Shown: piece by piece, positions 1-13,508 of the stretch
Layout of the letters: every line of letters begins with the position of its first letter
Numbering within the stretch: position 1 is the first letter of the stretch
Assembly: GCA_012295275.1 (NCBI GenBank)
Contig: CM022669.1
Coordinates: 16,244,001 to 16,308,000 of the forward strand
Direction of reading: 5' to 3'
DNA: 64,000 bases
From: Chrysomallon squamiferum
Lineage: Eukaryota; Animalia; Mollusca
The notes under the pieces: generated by a model
The model's input: the letters and a program-made list of their open reading frames with translations, nothing else
Told to the model about the DNA's origin: nothing
Databases searched by the model: none
Program-made: the position numbers and the translations under genes

Positions 1-292
1 TATCTTGGACTGTTTTTAATGCAGCTACCTATAGATATGCATACCATATTGATTGGGTTAATTACTTGAAGAAAATTCTCATCTTGTTACTTTCTCTATT
101 TTTTTTTTTTGTTTTTTTTTTTTTTTTTAGTTATTATTGTTTTTGTCTTATAGAGAATAAGTTCTTATTTCCTTTCTGAGGTCACCATATATTTCAGTAG
201 TTAATGAAGGAATTAATGAATGATTTAAGTTACGTGCTTACTTACTAATTTTTATGTTTTTTTTTATTATCCATTCATTCATTCATTAAACG

Positions 293-294
293 AT

Positions 295-345
<51 letters not shown>

Positions 346-347
346 TT
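293..347. repeat. (TTTA)n microsatellite
   Basis: Perfect tetranucleotide run visible in sequence. Confidence 0.9.
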
Positions 348-610
348 AAGTGACTCATGTTTGATTAATTTCTCCACTCGAGGCATCTTACTGCCTTGTG
401 TCCAGATTTCTTGAATCATTACAGATTTTGGTCACAGTCCGATACACTCGAGTGAACTCACCAGAGTTAAATCATTGTATTTCTCTATCTTTTTTGTTTT
501 ATTAGAAACAAATACTGGGGTCACTGACCCTTCGCTTTTGTTGATATGTTAGAAAACAGGGTTAAGCCCATTTTTGGTGACACCTTATTTATTAATCTGT
601 TTATCCTTTT

Positions 611-645
<35 letters not shown>

Positions 646-867
646 TTGTTCTTATTTTATTCTGTCCTGCTTTTTGTTATACTTTTTATATGTTTATTTA
701 CACATATAATGCAGAGCAGAAGAAAGGATGAATATATCAATAAATACGATTTCGCATAACAATCATTCAACAGTAATAATGATGTGGTGATAGAAAATCT
801 TAATGAATGCATAAATAAATATATAAATGAATAAATAATGTTAAAGAATTCGTTAATAATAATAATA

Positions 868-905
<38 letters not shown>

Positions 906-1197
906 CACTATCATCATCATCATCATCATCATCATCGACATCATTATTGTCATAATCATTTTCGTTATCATCATATACTCATCGTCGTTATTATTTTCTA
1001 AAACAAAATAATTAAAATGTTTTATTTTAAAACTGGCTGATTATAATAACGCGTCACTGAATTATATGGATAGGATCACTAATAACGTCTTTCCAGTGTT
1101 TATGTTCTGATCCGCTAATCAATAATCAATACGTAATTTCAAATGACTACTTGGTTTCGCTTGCTGAGCTAACAGAATGGCGTTTATAGCTGTTATT

Positions 1198-1198
<1 letters not shown>

Positions 1199-1286
<88 letters not shown>
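1199..1286. repeat. (AAT)n microsatellite
   Basis: Perfect trinucleotide run. Confidence 0.95.
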
Positions 1287-2013
1287 TAAATAAATAAATA
1301 AATAATATGATATAATATAATATAATATAATAATATTATATTAGAATAACGTCTCCCTATTATAATAAAAAAAAAAAAAAAAACACAATTTTTGCCTATA
1401 TGCAAGAAATTTAAGAAGGCATCTGAAATGAAGAATGACGAATAAAATATTTATATGAAAAAGACTCTGTATTACATATAGCTCATGAAATATTTAATTT
1501 CTCCCTTTAATTTGAAATAATGCCTCATAAATCCGAGAGATGTTCTTGTATAACATTCATCCGAGTTAACCGATATCACTGTTACAGTGTTAACTGGTAA
1601 TGGCTGCCTGTACAGCGAAATCTCAGATCCATCATTTTATATTCACGATCACTTTAAAGTATTAAATCAGCACGTTTCAACTGTGGAATCCGTCATTATA
1701 AATTTATAATCATTTAAAAAAAAAACAGATCTTGCTTGCTTTACAGTCAGATTTGTTGTAACTTCCACCAGGTATGGTAATATCAGTATAATACAAAAAA
1801 AAAAAAAAAAAAGAATCCATCATATTGTCATACTGTTTTAAACACTCACAAAATGAAAACACATGGACTGAATGAAAAGAAAAGAAGAGAAGTAGAACGA
1901 AACGAAAACAAAGAACACAAAACACTGCGAGACGCGTTTCCATTCACTGATATTAATGTAAATGTTTGTTGTTATTATTAATATTAATATTTAATTTTTT
2001 TTTTTTTTTTTTT

Positions 2014-3117
2014 TCATTTTTCTACATACATCGTATAGAGCTGACTATTTCTCTTCATGATGTCCACACAGGGTCCGAGTAGTCTTTCGAAACAACCGCG
2101 ATCCAGAAACGCAGATTTCACTTTGCCCACCGCGTACACGTTCGCCGTGCGAGGCTTGTTCTCTATGAGAGCTAGCTCTCCGAAGTACGTTCCCGTCGAC
2201 CGCGTCGCTATTTCCTGCTCCGTCTCGTCCTGGCCGTTTATTGTCACTCGTATATGTCCTTCCTCGACGAAGTACATCCCGTCGGCATCGTCCCCTTGCT
2301 CGATAATAGCCTCTCCGTCCTCGAACACTCTCGACACCAGCGCGTCTGCCAGCCTCATCCTCTCGTATCCGTCCAAGCACTGGAGAATGGTAACCGCTTC
2401 CAGAAGCTTCTCGTATTTTTTGCGCTTCCTGAAGGCACTTTTCAGAACGATCCTTCGGAACGATTTCCTGTCCATGGCCCACAGCGTGCCCTGCGTGACG
2501 GCTACGACGGTGGCCGACCTGGGCATGTTGTACATGAGGGCGAGCTCGCCGAAGCTTCCCCTGTTGTCGAACTGGTGCACTTTTTTCTGCTCGCCTTTAA
2601 TGTCGACGAGGACGTCGTAGACGCCGACGTCGATAACATAGAAGTTGTCGCCGTCTTCGCCCTGTTTGATGACGGTGTCGCCCGGGGCCACGGTCCGCTC
2701 GAACATGGCGTCGATGACTTCCTGCATCTGCTCGATGTCCAGACTGCGAAACAGCAGAATCCCGCCCACCGCTTCGGACAGCCGTTCCCGCTGGTCGTCC
2801 GTTTTCGGATAGGTGACCTTGTCTTCGTCGCTGTCGTCCGCTTCCGGGTCATACCGCTCGGCAGACACCGACTGACGTCTGGCGTACTTGCCCCGGTTGT
2901 TCCTGGGTTTCAGCACGGTCTTGTCCGGCTCCCCGGCTTCTTCGTCGTCCTCCACGATGATGTACATGGGCACGTCTTTGGGACGTTTGCGGTCTCGGGT
3001 CTTCGTGAAGTACTCCACCGCGAAGTCGTAGAGGTCGGCCGGCTTCTCGCGCAGCACCGCCACCGTGAAGTCCCGGAGCAAGTCTCCGAGACCTTCTGGA
3101 ATCTCCAAGTTCATCAT
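2014..3117 (-). CDS. PRKAR2: cAMP-dependent protein kinase type II regulatory subunit (PKA-RII-like), 367 aa, single coding exon
   Basis: N-terminal RIIa dimerisation/docking domain ([33 protein letters not shown]). Type II phosphorylatable inhibitor site RRQSVSAE, followed by [15 protein letters not shown] has [14 protein letters not shown] and [19 protein letters not shown] has [29 protein letters not shown] and [15 protein letters not shown]. Codons are strongly G/C-ending against AT-rich flanks. Confidence 0.96.
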   Translation of the reverse strand: MMNLEIPEGLGDLLRDFTVAVLREKPADLYDFAVEYFTKTRDRKRPKDVPMYIIVEDDEEAGEPDKTVLKPRNNRGKYARRQSVSAERYDPEADDSDEDKVTYPKTDDQRERLSEAVGGILLFRSLDIEQMQEVIDAMFERTVAPGDTVIKQGEDGDNFYVIDVGVYDVLVDIKGEQKKVHQFDNRGSFGELALMYNMPRSATVVAVTQGTLWAMDRKSFRRIVLKSAFRKRKKYEKLLEAVTILQCLDGYERMRLADALVSRVFEDGEAIIEQGDDADGMYFVEEGHIRVTINGQDETEQEIATRSTGTYFGELALIENKPRTANVYAVGKVKSAFLDRGCFERLLGPCVDIMKRNSQLYTMYVEK

Positions 3118-3540
3118 GGAATAAATAAATAGATAGCCTGGTATTTCTCGTTTACTCGTGTGACACTCGACCCGGTAAAAAAAAACCGGCTTTAACGGGA
3201 ATGGAAACGAGGATAAATTGTTTTGTCGATACCCGGACTGCGCTCTGTGAAGCCGCGTTCAGTAAACACGAAGGGCGTTTTTATTTTTTTTTTATATTTT
3301 TTATTTGTTTGAAGTGCGTTAGTCAAGGTAGCGTAGAATTTCCGCAGCAGTTATAAACGTCTTAAGTCCATAATAAACAGCCCTGTCGTTATGTTTGAGA
3401 ACGAATCACCTGGAGAAAACCTCAACAGTGAACGAATTATTTCTGATGTAATGCCGACTGCGCGACACCATTGTCTACGAGTAACTACAAAATGCAGGCT
3501 GGTGGTTACAACTGTAGCTTCTTGACTTCACCTGCAATTA
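3118..3540 (-). promoter_or_regulatory. Probable 5' UTR/proximal promoter of the PKA-RII gene
   Basis: Complex, CpG-containing, non-repetitive sequence directly 5' of the ATG, ending where simple repeats begin (~3555). Weak TATAA-like motif on the minus strand near 3351-3355. Assignment is positional only. Confidence 0.35.
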
Positions 3541-4083
3541 GAAGGAGAAACAAATAAATTAATTAAAATAATTATAATAGTGTACTGAATAAAAATATTC
3601 CAAAAAAAAAATAATAATAAATAAATTTAAATAAAGAAAGAAAGAAAGAAATAAAGAAAGAAAGAAATAAAGAAATAAAGAAATAAATATTATAAAAACA
3701 TACAAGTAGTACTGAGAACTGAGTTCTGGTATTTTAGTATTAATTATTATGTTCATCATCATCACAGCAGCAGCACAACCATATAACAGTAATAGACACA
3801 GTCGGAGTCGTATCACCACCCGCGGCGGTCGCACAGTAGTAATAACATTAGCAGCAGTAATGGTAGCAGCAGCTGCAGTAGTAGTGGCAGCAGTAGTAAT
3901 AGTAGTAGTGGTTATGGTAGAAGTAATAGTAGTTGTAATTCAAGTAGCAGTAGTAGTCGTTTCGTAATGCTAACACTAGTGGTAGTAATAGTTCCATTAT
4001 AATGGTAGTAGTAGTAGTTATTGTTGTTGTAATGGTAGCATTTTAATGTGTTTTTCTCAAAAATCATTACTGTATGTTATTTA

Positions 4084-4123
<40 letters not shown>

Positions 4124-5595
4124 GTTGTTGTTGTTGTTGTTGTTGTTGAACAGATGACAAATAACATCTATTCTTTACTTCAAACTACTTATCATAGACG
4201 TGTTTCTCTTATCATCCCCTCTAAATAAATCAATCACGTCCCATGTATACAATTTTCCGTTCTTTACACTCTTTATTAACATCAGACCCTGGATTGAGAA
4301 TGCAGCTAGTACTATTCGTCATCCACTTAAGGAAGGTATCAATAATGGCTGCGTTTAAATGGAATCTCTAATGACCTTTTGACGCCAAATCCATGTTCTC
4401 GTTAGAACTAGTTTAATGAGTGGTTAAAGCATGCTGGATCGATAACATAATTTTATAACGGTGAAAATACAAGTTAATTTCGCTGCGAGACGACTAATTG
4501 GCTTCGCGTGATAGTTAGAAAAATATTGATGAAAAAAAAACCTGAAAAAACCCCGAACAAGATATAATTTTGTGCCTGTCGAAATGTTGTCTATTTGAGA
4601 AATTTGCGTTACGATCTTTTCTAAGAGTGCTGGTAATGGAAAACAAAATAAACAACAAAAAATGATAAAAGAATAATAATTGGTTAGAAAGAGAAAAAGC
4701 CACAAATTGAAAAAAAAAAAAGATAAATCAAAGAAAAAAAAAAAGAAACAGCAAGGAAATAAATAAAGAAAATAGGCAATAATAAAAATAAGAAACGAAC
4801 AAATTTTTTCGCAGCATTGAAACAAGGACAAAAAAGATGGTGAAAACAATTTCTCTTTTTTGTTGTTGTTGTTAGTTTTGAAAGTTAACTGTTTAAATGT
4901 AACTTAATGCAGCTTTCAGCCAAGCAGCGTTATTAAGGTATAGAAAATAAGAAAAGGAAAACACGCTATAAATAAATACAACTGAAATCAAGAAACAACT
5001 CTGCATAAAAGATATCCCTCGACAAATTCAGAAATAATACCATCAACACAATCTTCGAGAATAGGACTTAGCAATTTTTATCACAGAAAGAAAAGATACT
5101 GTACAGATAGAAAGTAAATTAAAAATCACACGCCGAATAGCTCAATACAGCAGAATATTTTTAACTCAACAGTAGAGAAAAAAAAGAAACAAGTATGTAT
5201 GAGTGTTTTCACTTACTTTCAGCACAGAAAAACAACCTACGTGTCTTTTGTAATCTACGTTTCGGCTTTGAGAAATGATCGTAAACACCTTCTACGCACA
5301 GCAGTGAACGTCTTTATGATATCCAAGGTGATGACATTTTGCTGTCGACAAACCAATGACTACCAGGCACGGTTAATTATTTTTTAACACATACGACAAC
5401 AGCGGCAGGACAAACTGTTGTGTTTGTCACACCTATACATTTGAAAATTCACGGCATGGCACAGCTCTGATATCTTTCTGATGGGAGTAATATAATGTAA
5501 AGCACATAGAAGCTGCACACACATACGCCCTTACTTCATCCTTTGACAAAAACATTCAAATACAGATATATTAAAATAATAATATTAATACGAAT

Positions 5596-5628
5596 ATACA
5601 TACATACATACATACATACATACATACA

Positions 5629-5664
<36 letters not shown>

Positions 5665-5700
5665 CATACATACATACATACATACAAACATACATACATA
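5596..5700. repeat. (TACA)n microsatellite
   Basis: Near-perfect tetranucleotide run. Confidence 0.9.
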
Positions 5701-6169
5701 CTTACATAAGCATACACATTCATACTTAGAATAATACTTAAAAAGAAAAGTGTCTATCTTACGTATTAATAACAAAAAAGTATCTCTGCGAAAGTATACA
5801 CCTAAACATATATTTAGTGTTGACAGCTTTCTTTAAATTATGGCATGAAACCTTTGTTAATAACAAAGTATCGCCAATATAAAATAGCAAGTCCAGAGAG
5901 AGGCAGAAAGGTTCTCTTTTCCTGTGATGTCTTTTCGTGTATCGGAATATAAAGCAAGCTTAGAAAAAGTTATCTTGAGAAACAAATGTTATAATCAGTT
6001 GGAGGTATTTACGCTGTTTGGAGAAATATCACAAATGTAATATGTGGCAAAGAGAGTGATTGTTCAGACATGTCTGAAGTAGAAATATTTTTAAATCCAA
6101 TCCATGATTTTAGTTTTGAATGTTTGTCGAAATAATTGTACCTACATTTCAAGGTTTATATTAATGAAA

Positions 6170-6225
6170 GCTTCTTGTTGTTGCTGTTGTTGTAGTTGTT
6201 GTTTCTGGTGTTGTAATTGTAGTTA

Positions 6226-6288
<63 letters not shown>
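6170..6288. repeat. Compound (TTG)n/(TTA)n microsatellite
   Basis: Imperfect TTG tract followed by a perfect TTA run. Confidence 0.9.
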
Positions 6289-6291
<3 letters not shown>

Positions 6292-8814
6292 GTAGAAGTA
6301 GTAGCAATGGTAATTACAGTACATTCACCGTAGTAATAACGGAACAATCATCAACGTTATGCATTATTATTAGTATTATCATCGTCGTCATCATTATAAT
6401 CATCATCACCATCATCATGATACATTTAAATAATTGCACATCTTACAGTACTATAATCAATTCATCAACTATTGTGCAAATCCTCGACAATGGCCAAGCA
6501 ATACAACGTCATAATATCCTGTAATACCATAAAAGAATATTAGATATTAAATATTAACTAAATCTCTTATATAGTTCTTTCATCTTCAGAAAACTCGTCG
6601 TTACAAATGACAATTTCTACGAGGCAGACCGGGTCACAGAATGCAAATATGATTAAATATTAAACAAGTACTAAAGCTCAGTTCTGAAAAATCAGTGGGC
6701 GTATGAAAGACGGATAAAACAATTACTTAAAGAGAGTTTTAAGAACAAATAATATATAGAAAAAACAAAAATACATTTTTTTTTTTTAAATTAAAATGTC
6801 TCATAAGGATTAATTTTTTATTGTTTTATTTAAATTTTTTATATATCTTTGGCGCACTTTTGTGATACTTTTTTTGTTGTTTTGTTGTTGTTGTTGTTTT
6901 ATTTCAGTTGATACAATGGTTATATTTACTTATGTTTTGTTACTGTACTTAATTAGTATCCCAGATAACTCCACAAAGGACTGATCTTCAGATAATATGT
7001 TTTGTTATTTATTTATTTATTTTGTTTTATTTTATTTTTTTATCTATTTTATTTTATTTTATTTACTTATTTGCGTATTCATTTATTTATTTGTTTATTT
7101 ATTTAATATTATTCGATTATAATAGAACATGACCAAAGTAATATCTTGTATTAATTCGGATCTTAGTACATATACGCAAAACACCGAGGACAGTCTACAC
7201 GTCAAAAGTACATGCACCAGCGATTAGCTAAACTGTAACACGAAGATAAACAATTATTTACGATAACTGGACATTACATTTTACACAGGTGAACGATATT
7301 TCTCAGTCTGTCAGAGCAACGCACACTAAATGTGGTCCAATAGTAGACGACGTTAGTTAGGGCTTTGGCTTCACACAACTACGGCTATTTGTGATTGGCT
7401 GTTTAAAATGTTTTAAAGACATGTTATCATGATTCTGTTCCTATCAAAAATTTACTCAAAAAAACCAACAACACTGAAACACTGACATTTATGATAAACC
7501 ATTACTAGACCCCACTTTAATATACACTGTGTATATTTTGATTAAGTAGAATAATAATACTAATGATGATGAATATGATGATAATGATGATGATAATGAC
7601 GACGACGATAAGCCAGTAATTAATTCAGTAATGCTATAGACAGTTTGTTCTTACTGGAAGACAGTTTTATGGGATTGTTTGTTACTATAGTAACAGACGA
7701 TCTTAACAGCTTGGTTTAATGGTTAAAATTAAATACAGTTAAGCTACGAATCACTGATTTTTTTTCTTTTATACATTTGGTATTTTACGTACAGTCTTTG
7801 TGGGCAGAAGCTGGTTATAGTTTTAGAATTTTAACTTAATGATAACAAAACCAAAAATACAATGAAACCACCTATATCAATGATGGAAACAGCGATATAC
7901 CATTTTTTTTATATAGATCGAGAATACTTTGATATGGCTTTGTTTTCTTTTCTTTTCATTTTTTTTCTTTATATATATATTTTTTTTTTTTTAAATACAT
8001 ATGGTAGGAATGTCCTGAAGTGACTTGAATAAGGACAGTTTCCTTGCAGTTTAACCTAATTATAACACAAAAGTAAATACAAACAATTTTATTTTTCCAT
8101 AAACGTCCAGTTAAACTGAACACCTTTCTGTTCTCGCCGAAAACTGATGAAATATCGAACACGCCGTCGCTGAAGAAACTGCGGCTCCTGGAAGTTTTGT
8201 TACGAGTTATGAATCAGATCTATCGACGTCAAATCGAACACGACGGCGATCGAATCAGACTGTCAGACTGCTTGACGCACGAGAGTTTTCCTTGCCGGTC
8301 AGGACGGAAACGTCAATTACAGCAACAGATATCACCCTGGAAACAGACTGCAGGTGTTTCGTATTCCTTTACCCGGTGGCAGACGTGGCTCTTATGAAAT
8401 TTCGTTTCTCGATTTATACACAGATCAATACTATTTTCTTTGCTAATAATTTTTTTCTTTCTTTCAATAGTAAAGTGTTTTTTATATTTTATATTTCACT
8501 GAATAAATACAGCATTTCTGAAACGAGAAGGTGTCTTTTCGTTTCGACTTAATCCCTGTTTTCGATCTTTTTCTTTTTTAAAATGTTTTTGTTTTAATAA
8601 TTTATATATCTATTAAATAACGTATCAGTTATATATATATACGTGTATTTGTGTCTGTGGTACTTTGTGTGTGTTTTTAATCAATGCTATTCCAATTATT
8701 TTGTTTTCATTATTGATGGACCCGCTGAGAAAATAGCGTATTCAGTTGCTCATTTGAGGTCTTCGTTCAGTTCTATATGAAGCATGCATATACATTCACA
8801 TACACAGAAAAAAG

Positions 8815-8961
<147 letters not shown>

Positions 8962-9845
8962 AGAAAGACAGGGAGTCAAACAAACATAAAAGTGGTTAAA
9001 TTATTTACATAATAAAATATTTTAATCTTTAAAATTATGTAGCACACGAAACACGATTCCACTGAAGCACATAAGCATACAAACAAATGCGTATACTGTA
9101 CCCATATTCATATTTACTACAAACATATCATTTTGTACTACTGTTGTTGCTAATTCTACCACTGCTAAAACAAGGGAAATAACTGTACATTATCCTTCCT
9201 TTGTCTCTTGCGTTTTTGAACTACGAGAGCCTGTTTGTTAGACACAATCTTTCCCAAAAGACCGACGCTGTTACTTCTTCGTAAACGATATCGCAAACAC
9301 CGCGTGACAAAAATCTTTACGAAGCGAAACGAAGTGATTAGTCGTTCATACGCCAAGTATACAAAATTTCAAGCAAGCCTTAATAACAGAAACGTTAATT
9401 TTGATATCTGTATCAGTAACAGATAAGTTACCACATTATGTTTTTATTAAGTTATCGTCTTTGACTAAGTACCTAGTGACTGTTGTGGGCTTTGTTAACT
9501 GCACATTGTAGTAAATAAATAGCAAACAAACACTACGTTATAGAACTGTCCTGTTTTGTACACTTTGTTAACATATGTGGCCTGAATAAGAAACACGTTG
9601 CCGTTGTAATTATAATGTAGCTAACAAAACAAATGTAGTAAATTAATAATGACACTTGCCTTTTTGTTTGATGAGTAGATTAGAAAGAACAAGGTAATCA
9701 AAATACAGATGTTAATTATATTGTCTACAGTTCGCTTTAATGTAAATATAAAAAACGGTATGTCTAATATAAACACGTGATGTTTTCCTTTGATTCTGCG
9801 TGATCATGTAATTATATAAGCATACACACACATATATATGTATGA

Positions 9846-9897
<52 letters not shown>

Positions 9898-12384
9898 TAT
9901 ATATATATAATATGCCTTTGCAACGTTCCACTAAAGGTTGATTTCACATAATACACATAACTTGGTAAGCGATCACTCAATAGAATTTTACGTTGTTACA
10001 GAAATATAACGAAATAAATCTGTTTTCTTTTTAATCTGCAGTTGTTTTGCAGTCAATATCAGTGTAATACTGCGGTTCATATTACATTAATAAATTGCAC
10101 AAGAAAGCCCTGAATAAAGAATTTAAAAAAAATAAATGCATGAATTTTAACATATTTGTATTGGTGAAATCTAAACCACTTTACGGCTTTGTTATTGGGG
10201 AAACAATACCTTGCCAATCGATGTGCGGAATAAACGTGCTCAATTAAAATCTAGACCTCGTGGTGCATCGTATCAAATTAAGCTAAAACAAATCCGCCAT
10301 CAGCAGTATTTGGCATGCCTTTTCTGCTTTTTTCCACCCACCATCGTTTATTAGATTGCCACTGATGCGAATAATAAGGTTACTATGGAAATTAATCCCA
10401 AGAGTATGATAAAATTTCATCGCTGTTTTCATGCGCACCATTTTCAAAGGTGTTTTATTAAAACTGTAGCTTTCTCCTTGTTATATTTTCGCTTTCATCT
10501 TCCCCTACGATTTAAGATTCTGATCTCGTTTTATTTTTTTTTTTTTATTTTTTTTTTTATTAAATAAAATACTGTAATAAAAACGTATCAAGAAATCGAT
10601 GTAGGCAAAAAAAAAAAAAAAAAAAATCATGAAGCTTTTTTTTTTATGGTTGTGCATTAAAGTATATGATATCTCTTCGTAATGTGATTTGTTTTCATTT
10701 TGGATCATCCATTATCAATTTACGACGTCTAATATGCTGTGTTCGTAATAAATAAATTGTTATCCGTGACTGAAGTCCAGAAGCAAGGAGAAGATGGAAA
10801 GAAAAGATGCTGACGAAGATATAATGTTGATGTTAAAGCGATAAAGAAAATAAGAAGCAAACAAAACAAATGTGACGAGGATGACGTCAGATAATGATGA
10901 TAATGAAGATGATGATATTGATGATTAGGACAGAAAGGAGAAGAGGAAAACGCTGAAAATAATTACGATGATGATGACAATGATATTTAATGAATAATAT
11001 ATATTTTGTGGAAAAGAAATATAATCATAAAAAATATATATATAAATGCTAAAATCTAAAAGGAATGATTTAAACGTAAGGAACGCATCTAGGGGGGTGT
11101 TTTTGGGTTGGATATAATTTTCAATACTTTATCTGTGTGCAACAAAACAGAAAAATATATAGTAACATTTATTTATTTATATATTTATTTATTTATTTAT
11201 TTATCTAGTAACCTTCAATCTTGTAATTTTATTATTATTTTACCAGCCTGTATAAAACCGCCATTGAATCGCGAAAATTGATAGCACGAGCCTGCTTCAG
11301 AATTCAATATCAGAATTCTTAATAGTGTTTATAGATTGAAGAATTAAACATTATACTAATCTTCTTAACAAAATAGGCTTAAATGAGATTACTGTGAAAC
11401 GGCAATCGAATAAAAATGCATTGTGACAGCAACCCTGCAGTATTTGAAAGTTAACGTTACCGTAAGCCATCTATAATTTGATGATAAAAATTATGTGAAA
11501 ATTCACGAATGTTTTATTATTGCAATTTATTATTTCCCACCCCATATAACAAGATTAATAAATAAATAAATAAATAATGTAGAGAGAAATGTAGCCTGTA
11601 ATTACAAAAAAAAAAAAAAAATATTGATAATTTCTGATTTATACAGTGCAGAGTTAGACATATATAGTTATATTTATTTAAGTACACAAACGTAGAGGCA
11701 TACACAGAGACAGGGAGTTGAATATTAGTGTGCTGACAGAAGGTATTTATAAAATCAGATGGACAAGCACAGACTAGAGAACCAGATAGACACAGATTAG
11801 AGAGAAAAATAGAGAGAGCGATCGAGCTAGAGAGATGCAGACAAACTGAAGAGGAGAAGACGAAGAAAACATATAAATAAAAAACAATATTAGAAAAACT
11901 GAATATAATGGTTTAGAGTTGACATTTTTATGGTTTTTAATATTATTATTATTAAACATTATTTTTTTATTTTTTTTTTTTTTTTTTTTTTTTTAAAGTC
12001 ATATTTTATCCCCAGTAAAGTTTGGGAACTAGTTGAACAACATAAATATTGCACTTAATAGAGTTTACACACATTTACAATTATATGTAATATAATTATT
12101 TATGTTTTACCTCCAGACACAATTAATTTCCATAAACACGTGAACTGAAAACAGAATTATGTTGTTTTTACTGTATTTATTGATTTGCTTGGCTTGTAAG
12201 GGGCGTCTTGACTGATGACATATTTATACTTTCGATCCGTTCTTATCGTATAAACTTACTTATTGTACAGAGCAGGCATGTTAATAATTTAAAATATACC
12301 ATTACTATAGCTGTTCCGTATAATTTTTGTTAACTTCCTATACCCTGATAAAATGCAATATAATAAAAATTTGATAATCGTTGT

Positions 12385-12800
12385 TTATCATCATCATCAT
12401 CATCATCATCACCGTCATTATTATTATTACTTTTATCATCATCATAACCATCATCACCATCACTATAACCATTATTATTACTATTATTATTATAATTATA
12501 ATCATTATCATCATCATCATCATTATCTTTACTATATATCGCTATCAGTGAAAATAACAACAGTGGGTAATAGAAATAGAAGCAACAGTAGTAGTGGTAG
12601 TAATTGCTCTAATAGTAATAATAATAATAGCAATAGTGGAAATAGTTCTAATGGCAATAATAGTAGCAACAGTAATAACAGTAGTAGCAATGGTAGAAGC
12701 AGTTGAAACAGTAGAAGCAGCAGTAGTTGTTGTTGCTAGTATTGAAGCAATAGTAACAACAGTAGCGGTTGTAAAAATATACTAGTAGTAGTAATTGTAC
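12385..12800. repeat. Degenerate trinucleotide low-complexity tract (CAT/TAT then AGT/AGC/AAT)
   Basis: Cryptically simple triplet repeats; source of several spurious ORFs. Confidence 0.8.
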
Positions 12801-13471
12801 TAGAAGATGCTGTTAAGTATTAGTAACATTTTTTTTGTTATAACAGTAATAGTAATAATACAGTGTATTTGTGTTATCAACGTGTATAAAACTTTGGGGT
12901 AACAAAAAGTAAAAAAAAAAATAAAATAATAATAATAAATAAAAAATAAAACGAAATGAAAGATGCAAAAAAAAAAATAAAAAAAAAAAATAAACGATGA
13001 TTTTTAACAGCAAAGAAGGAACTTAATATAAGGTCAATTTATTTTGTTCTACATGCCTGGCAGGCGTGCTTTAGCCTACTCTGGACACAGGAATGAACAA
13101 CACAGCTGACCTCTGGCTCTTTTTTTTTAATAATCATTACGGCTTATCGGAGTGGTTTCATTAGAGTTATGCTGGTCTCGGCTCGCGGAATTAGCGGTAA
13201 TACCTTGCACGTTTTGTGTGCGAGTGGAAGCGAAGACACGGTAAGTGAGAATTAATCCTCTGCTTATATTCCTGGTTTCCTGTTTTTGATGTCAAAAGGC
13301 AGTGAACTTGTCAGCCCAGGGGCAAACCTGGGGAGGTAAAGTCTCCTGGGAAATTACGGTTTCAAACGGATCGCTTGCAGTTGACGGAAGAAATTACAAT
13401 GAAAACAAAACGCTAAGGCAGCTGCGAAATTTAAAAAATACAAAAACAACAACAACAAGCAGTAGACGTGC

Positions 13472-13508
<37 letters not shown>

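Noticed and set aside
1995-2014. A tract right after the stop codon as proof of a retroposed poly(A) tail
   Set aside because: Equal or longer A/T homopolymers occur throughout the window. There is no 3' UTR, poly(A) signal or target-site duplication, so it is not diagnostic alone.
2254-3132. 292-aa plus-strand ORF and other overlapping ORFs (2057-2620, 2045-2482, 2502-2852)
   Set aside because: Antisense or alternative-frame shadows of the GC-rich RII CDS, whose codon bias suppresses stops. No recognisable domains.
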